Positions 25,990 to 36,529 are shown, counted from the stretch's first letter. The stretch is DNA of 64,000 nucleotides from an uncultured Pseudomonadota bacterium (GCA_902802115.1 CADCKW010000001.1:72409-136408), one strand, 5' to 3'. A program made the numbers and translations. The notes: a model not told the origin generated them from the sequence alone.

Positions 25990-26709
25990 TTATTTGTTGG
26001 TGTCCCCACGCATAAACAAAACACTTATTTCAAACAAAGCCCACATTGGCACAGCCAACAAAATCTGGGACACAACATCTGGAGGGGTCAAAACCGCCGC
26101 GGCAACAACTATTAAAATAATTGCATATCGGCGCATAGCCACAACACGCGCACGCGACAAAACCCCTATTCTGTTCAACAAAATCATAATCACAGGTAAT
26201 TGAAATGCGATTCCAAAAACCTTTAATAAACGAATTGCAAATGTCAAATAATCACGAACGGCTGGCAAAATAATTGCTGGCACAGATGATGATTGATTTA
26301 ATTCTATGAAAAATCCAAATACGAACGGAAATAAAACATAGAAAGCAAATCCAGCCCCAATCAAAAATAATATTGGCGATGCAATCATTATTGGCCAAAT
26401 AAAATTCTTTTCATTTTTCTTTAATCCTGGGGCAACAAAAGCCCACACATGCCATAACGCAACCGGTATCGACAACAATATTGCAACCGTCACAGACAAC
26501 GACAACCGTATCATTAAACCGTCTGTTATCCCGTTATATAACAAATTTCCGTTCCAAATTTTCAGCAATGGTTTTGTTAAAAATTCTTGGACGCATGGCG
26601 CAACATACCACCCCAAAACAAAGAACACCAAAAATATAAAAACGCACCACAAAAATCGCCGGCGCAATTCTGCAAAATGTTCCATCAAAGTCATTTTTTT
26701 ATTATTCAT
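25990..26709 (-). CDS. tatC: Twin-arginine translocase subunit TatC
   Basis: 239 aa with 6 TM segments. The N-terminus (LMEHFAELRRRFLWCV) and the overall pattern fit TatC. Confidence 0.85.
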   Translation of the reverse strand: MNNKKMTLMEHFAELRRRFLWCVFIFLVFFVLGWYVAPCVQEFLTKPLLKIWNGNLLYNGITDGLMIRLSLSVTVAILLSIPVALWHVWAFVAPGLKKNEKNFIWPIMIASPILFLIGAGFAFYVLFPFVFGFFIELNQSSSVPAIILPAVRDYLTFAIRLLKVFGIAFQLPVIMILLNRIGVLSRARVVAMRRYAIILIVVAAAVLTPPDVVSQILLAVPMWALFEISVLFMRGDTNK

Positions 26710-26990
26710 TTTTTCGCTGTTTTCTTGCGTCCGCGTGTTTTTTTAATCGGTGTTGAAAAATCGTTCAACATATCATTTGTTGTTGTATTTATTATATCGT
26801 TTATAGGTTTTTCTAAATCTATTTGGTCTTTGATTTTATCGGTTGCATCTGTAATTTGCCAAATAATTTTACGAATATATTTTATCACACGCGCCAAAAA
26901 ACGTGCCACATCAGGCCAATATTTTACCGGCACAACCAAAATTGCGACAATCAATATTACTAAAAATTCAGCCCAACTGATACCAAACAT
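26706..26990 (-). CDS. tatB: Twin-arginine translocase subunit TatB-like
   Basis: 94 aa. The N-terminal TM helix MFGISWAEFLVILIVAILVV is followed by an amphipathic charged tail. Its stop overlaps the tatC start. Confidence 0.65.
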   Translation of the reverse strand: MFGISWAEFLVILIVAILVVPVKYWPDVARFLARVIKYIRKIIWQITDATDKIKDQIDLEKPINDIINTTTNDMLNDFSTPIKKTRGRKKTAKK

Positions 26991-26992
26991 TT

Positions 26993-27607
26993 TTAATCAT
27001 AAAAATCATCTGTGGCGGCATTACTGATTGTTTTATGCCGACCTATTTGGAAATAACTTTTTTCAAAATCTGTTTTTGGTTTTAAATTACGAAAAACAAC
27101 ATCAGTGCTGACCCCGGTTGCATCTGTCACCGTCCAAGATTTTAATTTAACCGGCGATTTATCAAACACGACCGTCATATGTCCCAAACCCTTGTTATCA
27201 CGCATATACATATTTAACGCAAAAGAATTTTTTTCTTCAAAAGTATCTGTCACAACAATATCTGCATTTTGCAAATCTATATTTTTACGCACCAAAATTC
27301 CCGCGGGCGTACTGGTCAATGGCACAGTTGTAATTTGGTCTAATGTTTTATCATAGAAATATAAATCTTTACCATCTGCAATCAATTGAATTGGTGCGTT
27401 TTTATAATCCAAACGGACGCGTCCTGGGCGCAACATAGAAAACAAACCACGTGCAACTTTGCCTTTGGACGTTTGCATAAAATCGCCCGTCAATCCGGTC
27501 ACAGAATTTAAATATTTTTCAGCCGCCGCGACATATTTTTTATCCACCTCTGCATTTGCAGACACCGCCACAAACATTGCAAAAATCACAACAAATAATT
27601 TTTTCAT
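26993..27607 (-). CDS. lolA: Outer-membrane lipoprotein carrier LolA-like
   Basis: About 204 aa from the ATG at 27607 (MKKLFVV…), preceded by an AGGGGG RBS. It has a signal peptide, and its length and beta-rich pattern fit LolA. The ORF track extends it to a TTG at 27616. Confidence 0.55.
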   Translation of the reverse strand: MKKLFVVIFAMFVAVSANAEVDKKYVAAAEKYLNSVTGLTGDFMQTSKGKVARGLFSMLRPGRVRLDYKNAPIQLIADGKDLYFYDKTLDQITTVPLTSTPAGILVRKNIDLQNADIVVTDTFEEKNSFALNMYMRDNKGLGHMTVVFDKSPVKLKSWTVTDATGVSTDVVFRNLKPKTDFEKSYFQIGRHKTISNAATDDFYD

Positions 27608-27612
27608 CTCTA

Positions 27613-28578
27613 TCAAGCCCCCTTGAATAATTCTATTACACGTTGTTTTACATTTTCCAAACTGTCATTAACAACCGCCCCAGATGCGCATATATGACCA
27701 CCACCACCCAGTTTTTCAGCAATTTTATTTACTGGCAAAAATTTACTGCGCAACGATACACCGATTTGGTTTTCTTTTTGTTGTTTTAACAAAACGATAT
27801 ATTCGATACCTTTAATCTGTCCCAACAAAGACAAAGCCGTTTCACCGCGTCCATCTAAATTTTTATATGCCGCCGAATCAACGGTCGCAATTACCAATCT
27901 GTTATGATAATAAAATTCAGCATCTGCGACAACACGCGCCTCGGTTTGAATTGTTTTACGTGGTTTATGACTTAATAATTCTAATTGTCTTTGGATATCA
28001 ACACCTTTATCGACCAATTCAGCCATAATTCGCAAAGAACGACCATCTTTGGCATATTTAAAATTACCTGTATCGGTTAAAATTCCAATTGCCAACAGGT
28101 TTAAAACCTTGTCATCATATTCCCAGCCAGCATCAATCATCAAATCATAAATCAAACATGTTGTTGCCGCCGCAGTTTCATCATCAATACATAAATTTCC
28201 AATTTTTTCATCGTTTTTATGATGATCAATTTCAACCAAGAATTTTGCCGAATCCAGCGCACCACGCGTTCCACCAATATTGCGTGTTGTTCCATAATCC
28301 ATCAAAACCGCCAAATCAAAAGGTTGTGACAAATCAACCTGTTCAAAATAATGCGCACGCCCACGCAAAGAAATATAGCGAAAAGATTCTGGCACATTAC
28401 CATCATAGACACACACACTATCCTTGCCATAATTCAAATAAATTAACTGGTACAAAGCCAACACAGAACACAAGGCATCACCATCAGGATTTTTATGTGC
28501 CGTCAGCAAAATTGAATTTGCTGATTTTATTTTTTCAATTAAAATTTTTGTTTCTTGTTTCATTTTACCTAACCGCAA
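27613..28578 (-). CDS. nrnA: DHH/DHHA1 phosphoesterase (NrnA-like oligoribonuclease/pAp phosphatase)
   Basis: 321 aa with the DHH motif region (…HKNPDGDALCS…EIDHH…) and a C-terminal DHHA1 (GGGH). Confidence 0.7.
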   Translation of the reverse strand: MRLGKMKQETKILIEKIKSANSILLTAHKNPDGDALCSVLALYQLIYLNYGKDSVCVYDGNVPESFRYISLRGRAHYFEQVDLSQPFDLAVLMDYGTTRNIGGTRGALDSAKFLVEIDHHKNDEKIGNLCIDDETAAATTCLIYDLMIDAGWEYDDKVLNLLAIGILTDTGNFKYAKDGRSLRIMAELVDKGVDIQRQLELLSHKPRKTIQTEARVVADAEFYYHNRLVIATVDSAAYKNLDGRGETALSLLGQIKGIEYIVLLKQQKENQIGVSLRSKFLPVNKIAEKLGGGGHICASGAVVNDSLENVKQRVIELFKGA

Positions 28579-30349
28579 TATCTTCTAATACAAATTGAGC
28601 CGTATGCCGTCCGTTAAACTCATTATCTTTTAACCGCCCCAGCATAGATATTGTAGTGTTTGTATTCGCATCGTCCAGTAAAAAATTACCAACCGGTGTT
28701 CCAACCAAATTAAACCCAACAAATGCCAGAGATGTTCCCAGCGAGGTTTTTACAGACCCCCGAATATGCGAACCATTTCCCATAATCGTTGCATAATGCA
28801 ATATCGCACCATTTAACACCAATTCTGGTTCAGGATTTCCCTGACCAAATGGTGCCAACACAGCCAATTTTTGCACCAAAGACATATTTGCACCACTGGC
28901 ATCTATTTCTGCATCAACCATAACCTCTGGGACTATTTTACTATTACCCAACTGGTCTATAACTGATGCTTCTAAAAAATCACGAAATTCTTGTTCTTTG
29001 TCCGCCGGCAAAGAAAATCCTGCTGCGGCGGCATGTCCGCCACCTTCGGTCACGATACCACGTGCCAGCGCATCATGGATAATCCGTCCCAAATCAACAT
29101 TTGCAACCGATCGCCCTGACCCATTTATAACCCCGTCTATCTTGGTTGCCACACACGAAGGCCGATTGTATTTATCTTTTAATCGTCCAGCAATAATTCC
29201 CATAACCCCACCATGCCAATTATCGCCACATACAAACAAACTGCATCGACCATCTGCACAACATTGTTCTGCCTGGGAAACCGCACCCAACATGATTGCA
29301 TTTTGAATATCAATACGGTCTTTATTCATTTGGTCTAATTTTTCCGCCAGCGCACGCGCCACCAACGGATTATCAGTCAGCAACAATTCCAACGCAGGCT
29401 TTGCTGAATCCAAACGACCGGCGGCATTCAAGCGCGGTCCCAATACAAAACCTGAAACATACACAGATGCACCTTTGACCCCGGCAACATCCATCAATAT
29501 ACGCAAACCTAAATTTTTACGTCCGTCCATAACACGCAATCCGGTTGATACAAACGCACGATTTAATCCAACCAATGGCATAGTATCGCAAATTGTTCCC
29601 AACGCGACCAAATCCATATAATCCATCAAGTTTATTTGTGACTGTAATTCGCAAACAGTTCCATTTGAACAATTACGCAATTCACGATTAACCGCAACCA
29701 AAGTCAAAAATGCAACACCAACACCCGCCAAATAATCCAACCCAGATGTATCATCAACACGTTTAGGATTCACAACCGCATCGGCATTTGGCAAAACATT
29801 ATCAGGCGAATGGTGATCTGTCACAACAACGGTCAAACCATGCGATTTTGCGTATTCAACCTCGGCCACACAACTGATGCCACAATCAACAGTCACTAAA
29901 ACCGTTGCCCCAGAATTTATCAATTCATCAATGGCACCCGTATTCAAACCATAACCTTCACCGTCCCTGGTTGGAACATGCCAAACAACATCTACATTCA
30001 AAGAACGCAAGAATTTTACAAATATCGCGGTTGATGTAATCCCATCAACATCATAATCACCATAAACCGCAATTTTACGATGCGAACAAATTGCCTCGGC
30101 AATTATCTTGGCCGCACGTTCCATATCATTTAAAACAAATGGGTCTGGCATATATTCTTTGATTGTTGGTGCCAAAAACATTTCAATTTCTGCATCACCA
30201 ACCAAACCACGACCTGCCAAAATATTTTTAACCAACGCATCAGCAAAATTCGCAGTTTCACCAAAATCTATACCATGCTCCATCACCCATGCTTGACCCA
30301 GCAGGGACTTTTCAACTAACTTTTTCACGCTATACTCTTTTCTTATCAA
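28565..30349 (-). CDS. recJ: Single-stranded-DNA-specific exonuclease RecJ
   Basis: 594 aa with DHH motifs (VYGDYDVDGITS…VTVDCG…VVVTDHH) and a RecJ OB-fold C-terminus. Confidence 0.85.
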   Translation of the reverse strand: MIRKEYSVKKLVEKSLLGQAWVMEHGIDFGETANFADALVKNILAGRGLVGDAEIEMFLAPTIKEYMPDPFVLNDMERAAKIIAEAICSHRKIAVYGDYDVDGITSTAIFVKFLRSLNVDVVWHVPTRDGEGYGLNTGAIDELINSGATVLVTVDCGISCVAEVEYAKSHGLTVVVTDHHSPDNVLPNADAVVNPKRVDDTSGLDYLAGVGVAFLTLVAVNRELRNCSNGTVCELQSQINLMDYMDLVALGTICDTMPLVGLNRAFVSTGLRVMDGRKNLGLRILMDVAGVKGASVYVSGFVLGPRLNAAGRLDSAKPALELLLTDNPLVARALAEKLDQMNKDRIDIQNAIMLGAVSQAEQCCADGRCSLFVCGDNWHGGVMGIIAGRLKDKYNRPSCVATKIDGVINGSGRSVANVDLGRIIHDALARGIVTEGGGHAAAAGFSLPADKEQEFRDFLEASVIDQLGNSKIVPEVMVDAEIDASGANMSLVQKLAVLAPFGQGNPEPELVLNGAILHYATIMGNGSHIRGSVKTSLGTSLAFVGFNLVGTPVGNFLLDDANTNTTISMLGRLKDNEFNGRHTAQFVLEDIAVR

Positions 30350-30367
30350 ATATATTATAGCGGAAAT

Positions 30368-32032
30368 TTATTCAAATATCAACGGCAGGATTCCATCAAG
30401 TATTTTTTCAGCAGTCGGCACAGAATTTTGTGATGCGGTTCGCCAACCACCTGTTTCTGCAATAGCCTGGGGTTCGTCCAAAGTCACCATTATAATATAT
30501 TGTGGTGCATCGGCTGGGAAAATACCAACAAACGTTGTCATATTGCGTTTTTTATCAATAACACCATTTATACGTTTTTCTGCGGTTCCTGTTTTTCCAC
30601 CAATTTTAATTCCATTAATACGCGTTAATTTTCCACTGGTTTCTTCGACAACGCGCACCATATTTTCGCGCAATTTTGCAGATATCTTTTCATCTAAGAC
30701 ACGTTCGCCTTTGATACGACCAACATCGCGTTTTCGTATTGTTGGGTTGATATAAATACCACCATTTGTGACAGCATTAACCCCCAACAATAAATGCATA
30801 GGTGTGACGGCCACCGTATGTCCAAACGAAGCAGATGCGATATCGGTAATTCCCCATTTTTTTGGAAAAATAGGATGTTCCGTTTTACCAAAATCCAAAC
30901 TTAATTTTTCGTCCAAATGCAAACGATGAAAAAATCTGGCCTGGGCACCTTCGGGAAATTTTTCTGCGATTTGCACACTGCCAACATTACAAGAATGAAC
31001 CATCACATCATCAACACCCATCCAATCTTGTTTAAATTTTGTGACATCATGAAACGTATGAATATATTTACCACTTTTGGTTCTTAAAATATATGGTTTT
31101 GCGACATAATACCGCCCACCAATATTATTTTCATACGCAATCGCGGTATTAAATATCTTGAACACAGACCCCATTTCCAACACATCGCGCATTTGTTTAA
31201 ATCTGCGATTTTCAATCGGGTACCACGACACATGTTCTGGGTCATAATCCGGCAAAGACACCATAGCCAAAATTTCACCTGTGCGTGAATTCATCAAAGT
31301 TCCCATTGCGGCCTTGGCATGATATTTTTGTACCGCTTCGGATAAACGACTGTGGAATTGTTCTTGAATTCTGGCGTCCAAAGACAAACGCAAAGGGTCG
31401 CGATTTTCACGCAAATACGAATCAAATATTTGTTCGGCACCGTCCAAGCCTTCGCCTTCTTTGCCGACAAAACCAACGATATGCGCAAACAAATTGTGTT
31501 TTGGATAAACGCGTCTTTGTTCTGTGACCATTTCCAAACCACTCAAACTGTGTTTAGGTTGTTTTTTTAATCGCGCGTCCGCAATCGATTGTTGTATTGC
31601 CGTTTTCAAAGCATCAATTTCACTTTGTGTTGCCTTTTCACGCAAAACAACATACTTACCTTGGCGAATAAATTCATACACCTGATTCACAGAATATTGA
31701 TATGGAAAAACATTATGAATTGTTTGTGCCACCGCATCTGCATCAACAACAAATTTAGAAACCAACTGCACCTTAGCACTCATAACATTTTTTGCCAGTT
31801 TTACACCATTTCTATCTTCGATATCTGCGCGTGTGACAACCCATTCACCATCAACAGATGTGCCACCTTTCTTGTCGGTCCCAATAATTCCATAATATAA
31901 AGTCTTGGCAAAGAACAAAGCAAACACCAGGTATATTCCACCCAACAACCAACGCAATCTCACACGTTCTGTATCGCGGCGTTTTGTCACACGTCTTTTA
32001 GATTTATAAACATCACTTCCTAATTCGAACAT
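30368..32032 (-). CDS. ftsI: Penicillin-binding protein (class B transpeptidase, FtsI/PBP2-like)
   Basis: 554 aa with an N-terminal TM anchor and the transpeptidase motifs SVFK, SCN and KTGT. It lies downstream of an ftsL-like gene. Confidence 0.8.
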   Translation of the reverse strand: MFELGSDVYKSKRRVTKRRDTERVRLRWLLGGIYLVFALFFAKTLYYGIIGTDKKGGTSVDGEWVVTRADIEDRNGVKLAKNVMSAKVQLVSKFVVDADAVAQTIHNVFPYQYSVNQVYEFIRQGKYVVLREKATQSEIDALKTAIQQSIADARLKKQPKHSLSGLEMVTEQRRVYPKHNLFAHIVGFVGKEGEGLDGAEQIFDSYLRENRDPLRLSLDARIQEQFHSRLSEAVQKYHAKAAMGTLMNSRTGEILAMVSLPDYDPEHVSWYPIENRRFKQMRDVLEMGSVFKIFNTAIAYENNIGGRYYVAKPYILRTKSGKYIHTFHDVTKFKQDWMGVDDVMVHSCNVGSVQIAEKFPEGAQARFFHRLHLDEKLSLDFGKTEHPIFPKKWGITDIASASFGHTVAVTPMHLLLGVNAVTNGGIYINPTIRKRDVGRIKGERVLDEKISAKLRENMVRVVEETSGKLTRINGIKIGGKTGTAEKRINGVIDKKRNMTTFVGIFPADAPQYIIMVTLDEPQAIAETGGWRTASQNSVPTAEKILDGILPLIFE

Positions 32033-32034
32033 AA

Positions 32035-32358
32035 TTATTGCTTCCTTAATGGTAAATCATCGACATCTGTGTATTTTTTAAAACCGATTATTTCAACACG
32101 TGGGACAACCGCCATAACACTATTTTGCAAATATTCTGCATTTATCATAGATTCAAATTTTGCCTGGGACACTGCAATTTGTTGTTGTGTTTTTACAATT
32201 TCTGCATTGGTATAATTTAATGTTCGTCTTTGTATTCTGTTTGCCACCTGTAATGCGACCATAACAAACACGCACCCAGCCAATGCCCAAACACCAATTT
32301 TAAACATTTTCTGTTCTTCGTTCATATCCGTCCCCTCGCCAGAATAGTATTTTATCAT
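32035..32358 (-). CDS. FtsL-like cell division protein
   Basis: 107 aa with a single TM segment and a coiled-coil. It sits immediately upstream of the PBP gene. Confidence 0.45.
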   Translation of the reverse strand: MIKYYSGEGTDMNEEQKMFKIGVWALAGCVFVMVALQVANRIQRRTLNYTNAEIVKTQQQIAVSQAKFESMINAEYLQNSVMAVVPRVEIIGFKKYTDVDDLPLRKQ

Positions 32359-32720
32359 AAATTTTGTAAAAAACTAATCATAGAATTTACCCCAGACAAT
32401 CTGGCGGCACCCAAATTCAATTTCAGGCCCAAAAACTCGCCCATTAAATCCATTTCACGTATCTGGGTTAGTGTTTTTGAATCAACCATTGCCAACAATA
32501 TCGCCAACACACCACGCACAATCGCCGAATCAGCAACACCATAAAACCGACCATCTGGGCCAACACATATTTCAACATGCGATGCACAACCCGTAATTTC
32601 ATGACATTGGGCACTTTGTGGCACAGATTCCAATTCGCGACCAAAATCCATAACCAATTCTAATTTATCCACAGGATTGTCCAACGAATTTAAAAGATTT
32701 TTCATTTTTTCATATTGCAT
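32355..32720 (-). CDS. sufE: Cysteine desulfuration protein SufE-like
   Basis: 121 aa with the conserved GCASHV cysteine region. It lies downstream of sufS and the DUF59 gene. Confidence 0.7.
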   Translation of the reverse strand: MQYEKMKNLLNSLDNPVDKLELVMDFGRELESVPQSAQCHEITGCASHVEICVGPDGRFYGVADSAIVRGVLAILLAMVDSKTLTQIREMDLMGEFLGLKLNLGAARLSGVNSMISFLQNL

Positions 32721-32726
32721 AACTAA

Positions 32727-33041
32727 TTACCAACCCATATTTGTTAAATCTAATTCCAAACGCGCCTCGTCTGTCATACGCGATAAATCCCACGCAGGTT
32801 CCCAAACCAATTTAACCTCTGCGTTTTTAACACCTGGAACATTTGACAAGACCTGTTTTACCTGTGCCAATAATTCTTCCATCATTGGACATGTTGGACT
32901 GGTAAAAGTCATAGTTATCGCAACATTATCATCATCTATGTTAATATCATACACCAAACCCATATCCCAAATATTCACAGGAATTTCTGGGTCAAACACT
33001 GTTTTCAAAGCATTTATAACATCATCACGATTTACTGTCAT
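32727..33041 (-). CDS. DUF59/MIP18-family Fe-S assembly protein (SufT-like)
   Basis: 104 aa. The TSPTCP motif region and the …VFDPEIPVNIWDMGLVY… pattern fit the family. Confidence 0.7.
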   Translation of the reverse strand: MTVNRDDVINALKTVFDPEIPVNIWDMGLVYDINIDDDNVAITMTFTSPTCPMMEELLAQVKQVLSNVPGVKNAEVKLVWEPAWDLSRMTDEARLELDLTNMGW

Positions 33042-34189
33042 TTTATAATCTTTTTTACAACCGATATAAACTTATTTGCGTCCGCCAATGTGTTCCATGG
33101 ACCAACAGACACACGTATTGAACCATCAATATTCATTGCATGATGAATCCACGATGCGCACATATTACCAACACGCAGACATATTCCATTTGCCCCCGCC
33201 AAAGTTCCAAAATCCAACACATGCATATCATCAATTACAAAAGACAAAACCGCCGCATCACGTGATGATAAAATTTTAATACGTTTAATTTTTTGCAATT
33301 CATCATACATATATTGAATTAATTTCAAATCAGGACGTGATTTTTCTAATTCATCAATCGCAACCGCCAGCCCAGAAATCTGGGTCAATGGCAAAGTACC
33401 TGACTCGAACTTATCAGGCGCATTATTCCAGATTGGAATATTATCATCGACACGCAACACCATACCGCCACCAAATTTGTCCGGCATATATTTATCAGCA
33501 TCTTTGATATATAAAACACCGATACCTGTATCTGCACCAATTTTATGTCCCGAAAAAACCAAGAAATCACAATCCCACGCACGCACATCTATTTTTTTAT
33601 GCACGATATATTGCGTTGCATCAACAATAGTTATAACATTTGGATTTTTATGCCGGGCGACGCGAATAATTTCCGCGACATCTTGGGGCATACCCAATAC
33701 ATTTGACATCGCAGTTATAACCAATATGTCTGTTTTTGGTATAGAATCGATTTTAATATTAAAATCATCATCTAAATCATATACAGATAGTTGTTTAATT
33801 TTTTTATTTGTTATCGCATCTTGCCATGGCAACCGCGCCGAATGATGTTCCAAATTCGATACCGCCACAGAAAAATCTGTCATAATAAAATTACGTGCAA
33901 TTATATTAACGATTCTATTTAAACCATCAGTTGCGTTTGCCGTCCAAACAATCTGTGATTCGGTTGCATTTATAAAACTGGCCACCCTTTTGCGTGAAAT
34001 TGCAACCATATCATCAACCGCCACCGCACGTGCGCAGACCCCCCGCCCCGCATTAGCATAGCGATTACGCAGGAAATCCGCCTGATTTTGAATTACAGAT
34101 TCAGGCTTTAAAAAACTTGCCGCGGCATCAAAATATACGATTTCGTTCATATATAAAAATCCTTGCATTTCACAAAGATTATAATACAC
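33038..34189 (-). CDS. sufS: Cysteine desulfurase (aminotransferase class V, SufS/CsdA-like)
   Basis: 383 aa with a PLP-lysine region (FSGHKIGADTGIGVL) and a class-V fold pattern. Confidence 0.8.
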   Translation of the reverse strand: MYYNLCEMQGFLYMNEIVYFDAAASFLKPESVIQNQADFLRNRYANAGRGVCARAVAVDDMVAISRKRVASFINATESQIVWTANATDGLNRIVNIIARNFIMTDFSVAVSNLEHHSARLPWQDAITNKKIKQLSVYDLDDDFNIKIDSIPKTDILVITAMSNVLGMPQDVAEIIRVARHKNPNVITIVDATQYIVHKKIDVRAWDCDFLVFSGHKIGADTGIGVLYIKDADKYMPDKFGGGMVLRVDDNIPIWNNAPDKFESGTLPLTQISGLAVAIDELEKSRPDLKLIQYMYDELQKIKRIKILSSRDAAVLSFVIDDMHVLDFGTLAGANGICLRVGNMCASWIHHAMNIDGSIRVSVGPWNTLADANKFISVVKKIIK

Positions 34190-34223
34190 TCAAACCAAAT
34201 ATCAACAACCCAAGGAGAAAAAA

Positions 34224-34541
34224 ATGGCTTTACAACATGCAACAGACGAGAATTTTCAAAACACAATTCAAAATGGATTAACATTGGTGGATTTCTGGGC
34301 AACATGGTGTGGTCCATGCCGTATGTTTGGTCCAATTTTCGAATCTGTATCCGAAAAGGTTCCTGATGTTAATTTCGTTAAATTCGAAGTTGATGAAACC
34401 AATCGTGCAACACCAACAAAATTTGGTATCCGCAGCATTCCCAGTGTCCTGGCATTCCGCGATGGCAATTTGATTGAGGCCCGCACAGGTTTAATGGACG
34501 AAGAAACCGTTATTGCATGGATTAAAGAATTACAATCCTAA
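34224..34541 (+). CDS. trxA: Thioredoxin
   Basis: 105 aa with the WCGPC active site. A GGAG RBS precedes it. Confidence 0.9.
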   Translation: MALQHATDENFQNTIQNGLTLVDFWATWCGPCRMFGPIFESVSEKVPDVNFVKFEVDETNRATPTKFGIRSIPSVLAFRDGNLIEARTGLMDEETVIAWIKELQS

Positions 34542-34568
34542 GGAAAAACAAAACCAAAAGGTAAAAAA

Positions 34569-34997
34569 ATGGCAAAACAAGATTACAAAACACTGGAATT
34601 ACCTGCAAAATACGTTCCAAAGAAAAGCGAAGAATACATGTGCTTGGAACAACGCGCGTATTTCTATCAAATTTTGATGGCACAAAAACAAGAAATAACC
34701 GATGGCAATTCGGGTGTTTTGAACACCGTTCGTGGTGCTGATTCAAATGATAACGGTGGCGGTGGCGACGATGCAGACAACGCATCACAAGAACAGGCAT
34801 TAACAATGAATCTGCGCATGACCGAACGCGACAATAACTTATTAAAGAAAATCGATGCCGCATTGGAAAGATTAGAAAATGGGACATTTGGATTCAGTGT
34901 TATATCCGGCGAAGAAATTGGTATTTCGCGTATGTTGGCACGTCCATTGGCAACAATGACTGTCGAAGAACAGGAAGAATACGAATCCAGAAAATAA
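34569..34997 (+). CDS. dksA: DksA/TraR-family transcription factor lacking the Cys4 zinc finger
   Basis: 142 aa with a coiled-coil and conserved DksA Asp residues (…DSNDNGGGGDDAD…). The C-terminus GFSVISGEEIGISRMLARPLATMTVEEQEEYE aligns to the DksA zinc-finger region but has no Cys. Confidence 0.65.
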   Translation: MAKQDYKTLELPAKYVPKKSEEYMCLEQRAYFYQILMAQKQEITDGNSGVLNTVRGADSNDNGGGGDDADNASQEQALTMNLRMTERDNNLLKKIDAALERLENGTFGFSVISGEEIGISRMLARPLATMTVEEQEEYESRK

Positions 34998-35087
34998 ACA
35001 ATCGTTATGTGATATCAAACAATCGGGTTATATTTTATAACCCGTTTTTTTATAAAAAAAGAAACAGAAACACCCAAGGAATGTGAA

Positions 35088-35417
35088 TTATTCAATCCAC
35101 ATATTGACCAAAGCGGTTCCATTTTCACCACCAGATCTGACCTTGGATGTTCTGTTTGCGTCTGTCCAACCAATAGTTGCCACCTCTTTATTAGAAGAGG
35201 TTTGAACTGTGGTTGTTTGGGGATTTTGAGACAGAGTTACAGAGGAATTAGTACCAGTATTTTTAATGACGACATTACCTGACTCGCGCTTAATCGTACT
35301 ATCGACATAAGACGTAGAAGCCAGTTGCGTATCCGCAGCCATGGCAAAATTGCCACAAACAGCGCAAAAAACGCAAGAAAACAACAAAAATTTGGATATT
35401 GTTGCTCTCAGTCTCAT
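35088..35417 (-). CDS. Small secreted Thr/Ser-rich hypothetical protein
   Basis: 109 aa with a signal peptide. Confidence 0.45.
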   Translation of the reverse strand: MRLRATISKFLLFSCVFCAVCGNFAMAADTQLASTSYVDSTIKRESGNVVIKNTGTNSSVTLSQNPQTTTVQTSSNKEVATIGWTDANRTSKVRSGGENGTALVNMWIE

Positions 35418-35482
35418 TATTACTTTTTCCCCTTAATCAAAAGGGTAGTAAAAATAATAAAACTGACGCAAGCACAAAAATA

Positions 35483-35716
35483 CTATTTTTGCTTTTTATT
35501 ATTGACTTTTTTATAAGTCTTTGTTTTTGCGGTCGTTTTTTTTACATGCGATTTGTCATTTTTATCATCTTTTTTGGCAGAATCTCTCATTTCGCGTTTA
35601 AACACATTTACGCCATCTGCCAGATTTTTCATCATGCCTGGTATAGATTTATGACCAAACAAAATGACCAGCAAAACAACAATAACCAGTATTTCCATCC
35701 AACCTAATCTTCCCAT
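35483..35716 (-). CDS. tatA: Twin-arginine translocase subunit TatA/E
   Basis: 77 aa. The sequence is MGRLGWMEILVIVVLLVILFGHKSIPGMMKNLADGVNVFKRE, which is the classic TatA N-terminus. Confidence 0.75.
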   Translation of the reverse strand: MGRLGWMEILVIVVLLVILFGHKSIPGMMKNLADGVNVFKREMRDSAKKDDKNDKSHVKKTTAKTKTYKKVNNKKQK

Positions 35717-35731
35717 ATTTGCCCCCTTTTA

Positions 35732-36529
35732 TTATTTGGCCACATAACAATCCAATCCATCAGATTTTGCATTACGGCAAAAACCATTTGCATCACTGCT
35801 GTTATTAAACGCGACACGCAAACGATATGTTGTCCGTCCATCTTTCAACACCGATGCCAAAACAACGAACTGTTTGCCAGCAAACAAACTGCTGTGCGCC
35901 GCGCGAATTTTTTTGCCCGCCGCATTTGCCGCATCACGCGTAGCATAAGAACCAAATTGCACATACCACGCTGCCCCAGATTTTGCGACAGTTTTTTGAG
36001 CCGCCGGCTTATTCACTGACTTTGGTGCAGGTTTGGCCACTGGTTTTTGTTGAACAACAGGTTTTGGCGCAGGTGCCGCATCAACCTTGTTTGGATTAAA
36101 TACAACCTCGCGTCTATCTTGCACAACGCGCACATCTGGTTCTGGGTTGGCCGCAACCTGTTGGGGTTGTGGTTGTGCCTGAACCTGAACAGGTGGCATT
36201 GGCATAGGTTTTGGTTCCACACGCACATTATCAGGCACCTGTAAAGGTTGCTGATTTGCGTCCATCACCGGTGCCGATGGCATTGGCATATCGCCACCAT
36301 CAACGACAACCTCTGGTTCGGCATCTAAATCAATTTCTACGGACGAAGACGGTGTGCCAGACACAGTCCGCACAATAATATATGTTGCCAGCGCAATAAC
36401 AACCAACCCTATTCCCAATAACAACCAAGGTTTCCGGGGACGTGGGCTAACAAACGCGGCCTCTGGCAAAGAATCAGATGCGTCTGCATCTAAATCCAAT
36501 AAATCTAAATTTGTATTATCTTCGTTCAT
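35732..36529 (-). CDS. SPOR-domain cell-division protein (FtsN/DedD-like)
   Basis: 265 aa with an N-terminal TM segment and a Pro/Gln-rich linker. The C-terminal SPOR domain is AWYVQFGSYATRDAANAAGKKI…RLRVAFNNSSDANGFC. Confidence 0.7.
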   Translation of the reverse strand: MNEDNTNLDLLDLDADASDSLPEAAFVSPRPRKPWLLLGIGLVVIALATYIIVRTVSGTPSSSVEIDLDAEPEVVVDGGDMPMPSAPVMDANQQPLQVPDNVRVEPKPMPMPPVQVQAQPQPQQVAANPEPDVRVVQDRREVVFNPNKVDAAPAPKPVVQQKPVAKPAPKSVNKPAAQKTVAKSGAAWYVQFGSYATRDAANAAGKKIRAAHSSLFAGKQFVVLASVLKDGRTTYRLRVAFNNSSDANGFCRNAKSDGLDCYVAK

